Of a DNA stretch of 17,015 nucleotides, positions 1 through 7,805 are shown piece after piece (positions within the stretch are counted from its first letter, which is position 1; each line of letters opens with the position of its first letter). The notes beneath the pieces are model-generated. The model was given only the letters and a program-made list of their open reading frames with translations. It did not search any database and was not told where the DNA came from. The DNA is from Calditrichia bacterium (GTDB taxonomy: Bacteria > Calditrichota > Calditrichia > RBG-13-44-9). The translations under genes were made by a program, and so were the position numbers. The stretch is from positions 2,006 through 19,020 of the forward strand of contig JARRQT010000116.1 of assembly GCA_037381445.1 (NCBI GenBank), given 5' to 3'.

Positions 1-124
1 ACCGGAAACTATTTGTCAGCATCCGGAATATATGACTCAATTTTTACGGGTAGAACTGGTAGCAGGGAGTTGCAGCGGGCCATATCTGGCTGGGCCGATT
101 ATTTTTTTCCGTAATCGGAAATAA

Positions 125-153
125 TGGACAATTTTTTTGATGAAATTTATCTT
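125..153 (+). promoter_or_regulatory. Putative sigma70 promoter for the DUF1028 gene
   Basis: TGGACA (125-130), 17-nt spacer, TATCTT (148-153), about 78 nt upstream of ATG 231. Confidence 0.4.
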
Positions 154-230
154 TGCGGTGCTTAATTTACATGTTACATGCCGTTCGGATTTTGAACTGC
201 ATTTCAGTCAAATAAAAAGAGGAGGCATTT

Positions 231-1253
231 ATGCACAGCAATCATTCTTTCCGGAATTTTTGTTTAAAAAATGTATTTCTAATTGGCGCGATGGGATTAA
301 TATTATTTTCCAACGGTTTTTTGTTTGCCGGTGAACATGGCCGGGCTGAAGCGCAAAATATCGCGACATTTTCCATTGTTGCCCACGATTCGGCAACCGG
401 GGAACTGGGCGTTGCGGTAGCCTCCCGCTTTTTTGCGGTTGGAACTGTTGTTCCCTGGGCCAGAGCCGGTGTGGGCGCGGTTGCCACCCAGTCTTTTGCC
501 AACACCTCCTTTGGCTGGCGCGGGCTGGATCTTATGGAATCCGGTCTGACTCCCGATGAAGCATTACAAAATCTTCTCAGAAACGATGACAATCCTTCAC
601 AGCGCCAGGTAGGCATTGTGGGGGCGGACGGCAGTTCTGCAACCTATACCGGCGGAAATTGCCTGTCCTGGGCTGGCGGACGGCACGGAACCAACTATGC
701 GGTGCAGGGAAATATTCTGGCTGGCGAGGCGGTGGTTGCCGGGATGGAAAAGGCATTTCTGGAAACCCAAGGCAGCCTGGCGCAGCGTATGTATGCGGCA
801 TTGCTGGCCGGTGAAAAGAACGGCGGGGATTCCCGCGGCAAGCAGTCGGCGGCCCTGCTGGTGGTTAAGGAAGGCGCGGGATATGGCGGATACACCGACC
901 GGGCCATCGATATCCGCGTTGATGACAGTCAGGAGCCGTTCAAGGAATTGGGCAGGCTTCTGAAGATGGCGGAAATGAATTACGCGTGGAATGAGGGGTG
1001 GACCCTGTTCACAAAAGATCAGCCCGCCGAAGCCCTGCCCCATATGGAAGATGCCATCCGGATTGCGCCCGATAATCCGGAACTGCTCTACGACCTGGCT
1101 GTCATCCGTCTGGCAGCGGGAAAGCAGGAAAAGTCCCTGGCAGCCCTTAAGAAAGCAATTCAATTGAATCCCAAATTAAAAAAACAGGCCAGCGTGGACA
1201 AAGACCTTACCGGCCTGCATGGGAATCCGGAATTCGAGCAATTAATAAAATAA
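231..1253 (+). CDS. Exported DUF1028 family (Ntn-hydrolase fold) protein with C-terminal TPR repeats
   Basis: Strong SD AGAGGAGG at 218-225 and a hydrophobic signal-like N-terminus. DUF1028 hallmarks TFSIVAHD, GVAVAS, GAVATQS, QGNILAG, GGDSRGKQSAAL, IRVDD. TPR-like C-terminus (A..H...AI.IAPDNPELLYDLA...AL.KAIQLNP). Confidence 0.88.
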   Translation: MHSNHSFRNFCLKNVFLIGAMGLILFSNGFLFAGEHGRAEAQNIATFSIVAHDSATGELGVAVASRFFAVGTVVPWARAGVGAVATQSFANTSFGWRGLDLMESGLTPDEALQNLLRNDDNPSQRQVGIVGADGSSATYTGGNCLSWAGGRHGTNYAVQGNILAGEAVVAGMEKAFLETQGSLAQRMYAALLAGEKNGGDSRGKQSAALLVVKEGAGYGGYTDRAIDIRVDDSQEPFKELGRLLKMAEMNYAWNEGWTLFTKDQPAEALPHMEDAIRIAPDNPELLYDLAVIRLAAGKQEKSLAALKKAIQLNPKLKKQASVDKDLTGLHGNPEFEQLIK

Positions 1254-1333
1254 TCGCTGAATTTGACATATCAATGTGAAAATGGGTAGAAAACAGCCTG
1301 GTTGTTTATTACATTCTGTGCCCTGTAAATAAC

Positions 1334-1380
1334 GGGTGATGGAGTCCGCCCCGGATCGCCAGATGGCTGATGACTCCTGA
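1334..1380 (+). promoter_or_regulatory. Fluoride riboswitch (crcB RNA motif)
   Basis: GGGTGATGGAGTCCGCCC...GCC-AGAT-GGCTGATGACTCCTG matches the motif consensus: P1 GGGTG/CGCCC, pseudoknot GGAGT (1341-1345)/ACTCC (1373-1377), small hairpin GCC/GGC. It lies directly upstream of crcB. Confidence 0.93.
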
Positions 1381-1408
1381 GACATGTTGCTTGCGGAAAG
1401 GAAATGAA

Positions 1409-1786
1409 GTGTTCAAGATTTTATCGATCGGATTTGGCGGATTCCTTGGTGCTGTTTCCCGTTATCTCATGAGCGGTCTGGTTCACAAAATTCTGGCCAA
1501 TCCCTGGTTCCCCTACGGCACATTTGCGGTAAACATTCTGGGCTGTCTGTTTATTGGTTTTCTGAGCGGACTGGCGGAATCGCGGCAGGTGTTACCGACG
1601 GAATTGCGAATGTTCCTGCTCATCGGATTTCTGGGCAGTTTCACCACATTTTCCACATTTGGATATGAGACTTTCAGTTTTATGCGGGATGGACAGATGT
1701 TATCGGCGCTGCTGAATATCTTGCTGCAGATAATCGTCGGCCTGGGGGCGGTTTGGACAGGAACCGTTCTGGCCCGTTACATATAG
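1409..1786 (+). CDS. crcB: Fluoride efflux channel Fluc/CrcB
   Basis: Motifs GGFLGAVSRY, FPYGTFAVNILGC, GFLGSFTTFSTF and four hydrophobic segments. Start moved from ATG 1370 (inside the riboswitch) to GTG 1409, which has SD AAAGGA at 1397-1402, giving 125 aa. Confidence 0.95.
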   Translation: MFKILSIGFGGFLGAVSRYLMSGLVHKILANPWFPYGTFAVNILGCLFIGFLSGLAESRQVLPTELRMFLLIGFLGSFTTFSTFGYETFSFMRDGQMLSALLNILLQIIVGLGAVWTGTVLARYI

Positions 1787-1796
1787 AGGAGAAAAC

Positions 1797-2132
1797 ATGG
1801 TGCTTCCCGAAGAAGGACATTTGCTCCGTATTTTTATTGGTGAAAGCGATAAATTCGAAGGTCTGCCGCTCTATGAGTGGGTAGTGCGCAAAGCGCGTGA
1901 GCACGGGCTGGCCGGCGCCACGGTGGTCCGCGGACTGGAAGGTTTCGGCGCTCACAGCCGCATCCACACTGCAAAGATATTGCGATTGTCGGAAGACCTG
2001 CCAATCATCATAGAGGTTATCGATACCCGCGACAAAATTGAAGAATTTTTGCCGGAGATCGATCATGCCATCCGTGAAGGTCTGGCGACGCTCGAAAAAG
2101 TGCAGATTCGGTTCTATCGCAGCGGAGAATAG
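1797..2132 (+). CDS. DUF190 family PII-like protein
   Basis: LLRIFIGESDK...LYEW...GLAGATVVRGLEGFG...LSEDLPIIIEVID signature. SD GAGGAG overlaps the crcB stop. DUF190 is a common crcB partner. Confidence 0.92.
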   Translation: MVLPEEGHLLRIFIGESDKFEGLPLYEWVVRKAREHGLAGATVVRGLEGFGAHSRIHTAKILRLSEDLPIIIEVIDTRDKIEEFLPEIDHAIREGLATLEKVQIRFYRSGE

Positions 2133-2167
2133 ATGATGCTTGGCATTTTATAGATAATTTAAAGTTT

Positions 2168-3349
2168 TTATCCGTACATCAGATATTTCTGACGAACGGG
2201 CTCAAATGAAATTATTTCCCGGTTAAGCGTTTCTTCGATCTCGGGAAGCGGGGTCATATCCATAATCATCTGACGCAGCCAGCCATTCCCCAGCAAAATG
2301 TCAATGGGCAATTTCTCATATTCATATTCATAGGGCGGCGGTACCCATTCGAATTCCGAGGGATAAAGGTTTTGAATCTCCTGCAAAAGTGCGAGCGTTG
2401 TCAGAACCGGCTTGAATCTGTCCCTGTCAGTCACATGAATAAACGCTCCCTCGCAAATCTGATCCTGATATTTATCAAACGTAGGCAAATATTGGATGGG
2501 GCGGAAAAATACGCCGGGAAGTTCCAGCTGGTTCAGGCGCTTGCTGAGGGTCCTTCCGCTGATCCATGGCGCTCCGAAAGTCTCGAACGGCCGGGTGGTC
2601 CCCCGCCCTTCCGAAATATTGGTTGCTTCCAGCAGGCACATGCCGGGATAGACCACGGCCGTCTCCCAGGCCGGCATATTGGGTGAAGGAACCGCCCAGG
2701 GAACGCCGGTCTCGGCAAAATACATCCTCCGCTTCCATGCCTTCATCTTTACAATCTTCAAATCGAGGTCGCTGAAATAATTTTCCTTGAGATACAGCGC
2801 AATTTCTCCCAGCGTCATGGCATGCCGCTGTGGCAGCGGGTACAGGCCAACGAAACTGCTGAACTGCGGATCGAGAACGGTCCCCGCTGCCCTCTCTCCT
2901 GAAATCGGGTTTGGCCTGTCCAAAACCAGCACCGGAATGCCGGCTTCCTGACAGGCTTCCATCGCCAGCGCCATGGTCCACATGAAAGTATAGTAGCGTG
3001 AACCAACATCCTGGAGATCGGCCACAAACAGGTCCACGCCCCTGAGCATCTCCGGGGTTGGTTTGCGGTGCTGCCCGTAAAGCGAATAGATAGTAAGTCC
3101 GGTGTACTTGTCGTGATATCCTTCCCATTCAATCATATTGTCCTGCGTATGCCCCCAGAGACCGTGCTGCGGCCCGAAAACGGCCTGAATGGTGAATTGC
3201 TTCCGGTCATGAAAAGGAAGCATCACACTGATAATATGTTCGTAATTTTTGTTGATGGAAGCCTGGTTGCACAGCAGGCCGATCTTCCGGCCTCTCAGAG
3301 TCCTAAAATCCTGCTGCTGCAGGATGTCCAATCCGCATAAAACATTCAT
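2168..3349 (-). CDS. namZ: DUF1343 / NamZ-like exo-beta-N-acetylmuramidase family protein, no signal peptide
   Basis: Motifs GLLCNQAS, FGPQHG, YSLYG, DLQDVGSRYYTF, VLDRPNP, PSPNMP, EATNISEGRGTTRPFE. SD GGAGAG just after the dinG stop. Confidence 0.88.
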   Translation of the reverse strand: MNVLCGLDILQQQDFRTLRGRKIGLLCNQASINKNYEHIISVMLPFHDRKQFTIQAVFGPQHGLWGHTQDNMIEWEGYHDKYTGLTIYSLYGQHRKPTPEMLRGVDLFVADLQDVGSRYYTFMWTMALAMEACQEAGIPVLVLDRPNPISGERAAGTVLDPQFSSFVGLYPLPQRHAMTLGEIALYLKENYFSDLDLKIVKMKAWKRRMYFAETGVPWAVPSPNMPAWETAVVYPGMCLLEATNISEGRGTTRPFETFGAPWISGRTLSKRLNQLELPGVFFRPIQYLPTFDKYQDQICEGAFIHVTDRDRFKPVLTTLALLQEIQNLYPSEFEWVPPPYEYEYEKLPIDILLGNGWLRQMIMDMTPLPEIEETLNREIISFEPVRQKYLMYG

Positions 3350-3361
3350 TTCGTTCTCTCC

Positions 3362-6295
3362 TCATTTAAACCACTTCAACAGATTTTCCCATAATTCATT
3401 GTCTGACTGAAAAATTCTGGACCTGACGGGTAATGACTGCAGAAATATTCGGCCGTACATTTTTTTGATGACACGGTTGTCGAGAATGATGACTGCCCCG
3501 TAATCAGAGCGGCTGCGAATCAGGCGGCCGAATCCCTGGCGGAATTTGATGACCGCTTCGGGAATAGTGTATTGCATGAAGGGATTACCGCCGTTTTTCT
3601 CGATTAACTCGGCTTTGGCCTGGATGATCGGTTCGGACGGCACATCGAAGGGAAGTTTGGTGATTAACAGGATCTCCAGTGATTTCCCGGGCACGTCGAT
3701 CCCTTCCCAGAAACTGTCCGTGCCAAGCAGCACCGAGTGCGGTATTTCCTTAAATTGTGTGATGAGCGAATGCCGGCTGCCGTTTATTCCCTGCGCAAGC
3801 AGCGGTATCTTTTCCGATTCAAAGGTGCTGCGAAGCGCCTCGTACACATCATTCAACATGAAATAGGAGGTAAAGAGGACCAGCGTACCGCGGCGCTGCT
3901 CCCGGCTGAGCTGCTCCAGGAATTTTTTTACATAATTCTTGTATTCCGCTGCCCGCGGTTCGGGGAAGTAGGAAGGGACCGCCAGAAGGACCTGCTCTTC
4001 GTAATTGAAAGGCGAGTCCAGAAGGAGTGTGTTCAAACGGTCGGGTTCCACTGAACTGAGTCCGATCCTGTTCAGCAGGTAATCGAAACTCTTTCCCACC
4101 GTCAGAGTGGCAGAGGTAAAAACGGCCGAACTCAAATTTTTATAAAGCTTGTTGAAAAGGATTTCAGAGATATTCAGCGGCGCGGCATAAAGACGGCCGG
4201 CATCGGGGACATCCTTTCCGGGCAGCTCAAACCAGTAAACCCAAGTATCCCATTCAGCATTCAGCAGAAAACTCAGACTATCCCGCAGCGCGTCCAATTG
4301 CGTAAACTGGGCCTGCAGTTCCTGCATCATCTGTTTTTGATAGCGGAAGGAATCCTCGGGCAGTTCCCGGAGCAATTCAATCAAATCATTTAGTCCGCTC
4401 AATATACTTCGAATCTGCTCCATCAAATCATTGTGATATGATTCCATCTTTTCCAGCAGGTTGTCTTCTCTGCGGTACCGGAAGCGGACCGAGTACCCGT
4501 TTTCGTCTTTTCCGGGCAGCAGGCCATGAAGTTCGGAGGTCAGTTGACGGAAGAATCCCTGTGTTATCAAAGCCAACGAATTGACATGGGGAATAAGAGA
4601 ATCCAGATGCCCGAACAGCAGTTCTTTCTTCGAACTATCCATATCGCTTAACTGGATCCGTTTGCGCATCTGTATCAGAACACCGGTTTCGATACGTTCT
4701 TTATGATACAGTTTCTGGAAGGCGTCCCGGAAATTCCACAGGGAAACTTCCATTCCCAGGTATTCTGTGGCAATTTTCTCGATATTATGCGCTTCATCGA
4801 AAATAACATTGGAATATTCGGACAAAACCGCCTGGTCCGCTGCCAGATCTGAAAAAAGAAGCGAATGGTTCACCAGAACCAGGTGAGCATCGCGGGCATT
4901 ATTTCGCGCCCGCCACAGAAAACACTGCCCGTAATATTTGCAGTTTTTGCCGGGACAGTAATTATTCTCGGCAATAAACTTGCTCCACAGACCGAAATTT
5001 CGCTCCGGGGCAAAACCGTTGTTTTCCGATATGTCGCCGGTCTCGGTATATTTTACCCACATATAGAGGGGCAATATTTTTACCCGTTCGTATGTGCTCA
5101 GCCGGTATTTCATATCATGCAGGACCGTAAACCATTTATCAAGGCACAGGTAATTAGCCTTCCCTTTAAGCAGAACCGCTTTAAAACGTTCCTTCAGGAT
5201 GCTGTGCAGGATCGGCAAATCTTTGAAAAAAAGCTGTTCCTGCAGGTTTTTGGTATTGGTGCTGATGATCACCCGTCCGAACGGACCGTAATTTCTCATG
5301 CTCCATTTGATGGCAGGCAGCAGATAAGCCATGGATTTTCCGGTGCCGGTCCCGGCTTCCACCACCAGAAATTGATGCTCATTGAAGGCCCGGGCCACTT
5401 CTTTGGCCATCTGAACCTGAGAAGCGCGCAGCTCGAAAACACCGAAGGTTTGCTCCAGGGCGCCTTTGCTGTCAAAAAAATGGCCGATTTCCTCGCCGTC
5501 AATCGGTTCGGTTTTCAGACGGCCGGTCTGGGGAACGTCTTCCTCACCGATGATATTGTAATAGTTGGCAGAATAGACAAATGTTTCCTTGTCCAGTTTG
5601 TTGGGAAAATGATATTTTCCCGTTGCCAGCAGGCTATGCAGATTGAAGAAATAGGTTTTGATGGGATCGTCGGTTGGTTCCAGTATTTCGAGAATCCGCC
5701 GGATATCCTTAAAGTCGGATCGCAGTGATATATCAACCAGATTGAGGAATATGTCCCCCGCCGTCCGCGCATCGGGCAAGGCACGGTGGGCTGTTTCCGG
5801 TTTCACATCAAAATATTCCGCCAGTTTCCCCAGAGAAAAACCGGAGAGAAAAGGCAGATATGTTTTGGCAAGAAGCAGGGTGTCAAATTTGTCATTAGGG
5901 AGATACAGATATTCCCGCACCTTTTCAGCGCCGCTTCCCGGTTCCTCGGAACGCCGTAGGTGGTATTCCAGAAATGGCAAATCGAAAAAGACATTATGCG
6001 CGACAACGGGATCCTCAGCGATGAAGGACCGGATTTGCCCTGACACATCGGAGAAGGAAGGCGCGGAGGAAACGTCCTCATCGGAAATACCGGTGATGCG
6101 GGTAATATTGCGGGGGATGGATTTTCCCGGTTTTATCAACTGACTGAATGTTTCATCTACTTCGCCGTTTATGTAGCGCACCGCACCGAATTCAATAATC
6201 TCTTCCCGCTGATAATCCAGCCCGGTAGTCTCGATATCAACCGCCACAAAGCGGGAAAGATGCAGATCGTACAGTAGTTCCAGGGCAATTGCCAT
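3362..6295 (-). CDS. dinG: DinG family SF2 helicase with N-terminal DEDDh 3'-5' exonuclease domain
   Basis: ExoI DIETTG, ExoII HNVFFD, ExoIII HRALPD. Walker A EAGTGTGKS, Walker B DEAH, then TSATL, FWEGIDVPG, QGFGRLIRS. Four Cys in YLC...CPGKNCKYYGQC. Confidence 0.93.
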   Translation of the reverse strand: MAIALELLYDLHLSRFVAVDIETTGLDYQREEIIEFGAVRYINGEVDETFSQLIKPGKSIPRNITRITGISDEDVSSAPSFSDVSGQIRSFIAEDPVVAHNVFFDLPFLEYHLRRSEEPGSGAEKVREYLYLPNDKFDTLLLAKTYLPFLSGFSLGKLAEYFDVKPETAHRALPDARTAGDIFLNLVDISLRSDFKDIRRILEILEPTDDPIKTYFFNLHSLLATGKYHFPNKLDKETFVYSANYYNIIGEEDVPQTGRLKTEPIDGEEIGHFFDSKGALEQTFGVFELRASQVQMAKEVARAFNEHQFLVVEAGTGTGKSMAYLLPAIKWSMRNYGPFGRVIISTNTKNLQEQLFFKDLPILHSILKERFKAVLLKGKANYLCLDKWFTVLHDMKYRLSTYERVKILPLYMWVKYTETGDISENNGFAPERNFGLWSKFIAENNYCPGKNCKYYGQCFLWRARNNARDAHLVLVNHSLLFSDLAADQAVLSEYSNVIFDEAHNIEKIATEYLGMEVSLWNFRDAFQKLYHKERIETGVLIQMRKRIQLSDMDSSKKELLFGHLDSLIPHVNSLALITQGFFRQLTSELHGLLPGKDENGYSVRFRYRREDNLLEKMESYHNDLMEQIRSILSGLNDLIELLRELPEDSFRYQKQMMQELQAQFTQLDALRDSLSFLLNAEWDTWVYWFELPGKDVPDAGRLYAAPLNISEILFNKLYKNLSSAVFTSATLTVGKSFDYLLNRIGLSSVEPDRLNTLLLDSPFNYEEQVLLAVPSYFPEPRAAEYKNYVKKFLEQLSREQRRGTLVLFTSYFMLNDVYEALRSTFESEKIPLLAQGINGSRHSLITQFKEIPHSVLLGTDSFWEGIDVPGKSLEILLITKLPFDVPSEPIIQAKAELIEKNGGNPFMQYTIPEAVIKFRQGFGRLIRSRSDYGAVIILDNRVIKKMYGRIFLQSLPVRSRIFQSDNELWENLLKWFK

Positions 6296-6474
6296 TCGAT
6301 TGAATTACTTTCCTTTAATTTCGCTGAGAATTTACAAAATTTTCATTCTGTTATCTACAGAAAAGGAATTGTCCCGTTACAGACAGACAAAAGAGGTAAT
6401 ATTTTTTTATTTTTTGGAAAAGGAGGGGAAATTATAAAGACAGGGAGTAAATCAGATAAAAATTATCAACAAAT

Positions 6475-6498
6475 GGAGCATCCTGAGGCGGATGCTCC
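6475..6498 (-). terminator. Hairpin downstream of speD, probable intrinsic terminator
   Basis: Perfect 9-bp stem GGAGCATCC/GGATGCTCC with a 6-nt loop, 17 nt after the speD stop. The minus-strand U-tract (ATTTGTT) is imperfect. Confidence 0.6.
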
Positions 6499-6515
6499 TT
6501 ATTCAGATTCGTCAG

Positions 6516-6920
6516 TCAATCGACGCCTTCCATCATTACCGGCTTGTGGTGAAGCACCTGATTGGCCTGCAGTTCAAGCTCTCCCCGATTTAACTCAACC
6601 GTCTTGATGGCATTCGATTTTAAATACTCTTTAAGGGCGCGAGTTGCGATCCAGGGATCGACAGTATCGCCACACGTAAAAACATCGACCGCCGCATAAC
6701 CGTATTCCGGCCAGGTATGTATGGCTAAATGCGATTCTGCAATGACAACAACTCCACTAACACCATGGGGGTTAAAAGTGTGAAACACGGAATTCACGAT
6801 GGTTGCGCCGCATTCAATGGCCGCCCGTTTCATATAATTCTCAATTCGTTCCACATCGTTTAAAATCTCCGTATCACACTCAAAAAATTCTGCCAAAATA
6901 TGACGCCCTAATGCTTTCAA
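6516..6920 (-). CDS. speD: Pyruvoyl-dependent S-adenosylmethionine decarboxylase proenzyme (class 1B)
   Basis: [23 protein letters not shown] (self-cleavage E-S), [20 protein letters not shown] 6920 (MKALGRH) is preferred over GTG 6929, which sits only 1 nt from SD GGAGG (6931-6935). Confidence 0.9.
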   Translation of the reverse strand: MKALGRHILAEFFECDTEILNDVERIENYMKRAAIECGATIVNSVFHTFNPHGVSGVVVIAESHLAIHTWPEYGYAAVDVFTCGDTVDPWIATRALKEYLKSNAIKTVELNRGELELQANQVLHHKPVMMEGVD

Positions 6921-6939
6921 TTCACTCACTCCTCCAGGG

Positions 6940-7464
6940 TTAATAATGTACCATCAAAATTTCTGCGGGTTTCTTTGACAAATTTTTCATTGAAATGGTG
7001 CTGTCAAAGAACACGTAGAAACAATCACCTTTATTAATAACTCTCTTTTCTTCATCAATTTTAAGTTCAATACTTCCTTTGGCGACGTAGCCAAATCCCT
7101 CATCTTCTTCAAACTGTTTTTTATATTCCACCAACGGTTCCAATGTCAGGAAAATGGGATCCATTTCCAGATATTTCAGCTTTGGAATCAAATTCTCGAT
7201 CTTGAATTTTTCCGTCACTTCTTCAACCGTCCGGTCCTTCTTACAATAGATGTTCTTTTCTCGTTCCGAAATATCGCTGAAAAATGAAGAAAGCTGTACA
7301 CCCAGAACATCCAGCACCTGTTTCAGGGTTGTCACTGACGGCACCGTCAGATCTCTTTCCAATTGGGAGATAAATCCTTTGGTCAGATCAGCTTTGTTTG
7401 CTAATTCCTCAATTGTCAAACCCCGTAACTTGCGCAATCTCCTGATTTTAGAACCTATTTTCAT
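6940..7464 (-). CDS. XRE-family HTH + cupin transcriptional regulator (PuuR-like)
   Basis: N-terminal HTH_3 ([20 protein letters not shown]...[21 protein letters not shown]) and a C-terminal cupin-like domain ([16 protein letters not shown]...GDCFY). Confidence 0.88.
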   Translation of the reverse strand: MKIGSKIRRLRKLRGLTIEELANKADLTKGFISQLERDLTVPSVTTLKQVLDVLGVQLSSFFSDISEREKNIYCKKDRTVEEVTEKFKIENLIPKLKYLEMDPIFLTLEPLVEYKKQFEEDEGFGYVAKGSIELKIDEEKRVINKGDCFYVFFDSTISMKNLSKKPAEILMVHY

Positions 7465-7473
7465 TTTACCAGT

Positions 7474-7493
7474 TTGTTTTTTATATTAAACAA
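7474..7493. promoter_or_regulatory. Palindromic operator 1, TTGTTT-N8-AAACAA
   Basis: TTGTTT tttatatt AAACAA, 10-29 nt upstream of the regulator ATG. A second copy lies at 7570-7589. Confidence 0.65.
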
Positions 7494-7569
7494 ATCCTTT
7501 AAAAAATCGAACAATTTTAGCATTAAATTTTTAAAAATCCAAGCAAAAATAATTTTTATATTAAAATAA

Positions 7570-7589
7570 TTGTTTATAATATTAAACAA
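7570..7589. promoter_or_regulatory. Palindromic operator 2, TTGTTT-N8-AAACAA
   Basis: TTGTTT ataatatt AAACAA. It shares the exact 12-mer ATATTAAACAAA with operator 1 and lies 96 bp away. Confidence 0.6.
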
Positions 7590-7679
7590 AATTTTTGATC
7601 CATCCAATTGGTTATTCAGGATTAAAGTTGTTGACACTTTTATCCGAATATACAAGATTGAAAGTCGCGTAACTCTTTC

Positions 7680-7708
7680 TTGACTTTAATTTTTTGTTTG
7701 TTTATTTT
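7680..7708 (+). promoter_or_regulatory. Putative sigma70 promoter for the TPR-CsgG gene
   Basis: TTGACT, 17-nt spacer, TATTTT. An alternative TTGACA lies at 7631-7636. The AT-rich context lowers specificity. Confidence 0.35.
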
Positions 7709-7805
7709 AATTGCGACTATTTTATCATGGATTGATATCGGGCTTCATTTTTGTTTTCCTCTTTTTTGGTCATTAACATGTTTTAACATTATTCGGGGCT
7801 TTAAA

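Noticed and set aside
1..123. Possible end of an upstream gene (open plus-strand frames stop at 35, 114 and 124)
   Set aside because: Too short to choose a frame or assign a product.
4865..5728. 287-aa plus-strand ORF, and other long antisense or alternate-frame ORFs (597-1163, 2475-3128, 8075-8614, 11356-11967, 16231-16935)
   Set aside because: They overlap well-supported genes, have no recognisable motifs, and are typical shadow ORFs.
3362..6295. DinG as part of a type IV CRISPR or other defence system
   Set aside because: No cas genes, array or defence neighbours. The context is housekeeping.
7461..7805. 64-aa minus-strand ORF (7461-7655) and the 42-aa extension of the CsgG-like ORF from 7680
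   Set aside because: Low-complexity translations of AT-rich promoter DNA that overlap the operators. The signal peptide fits a start at 7806.
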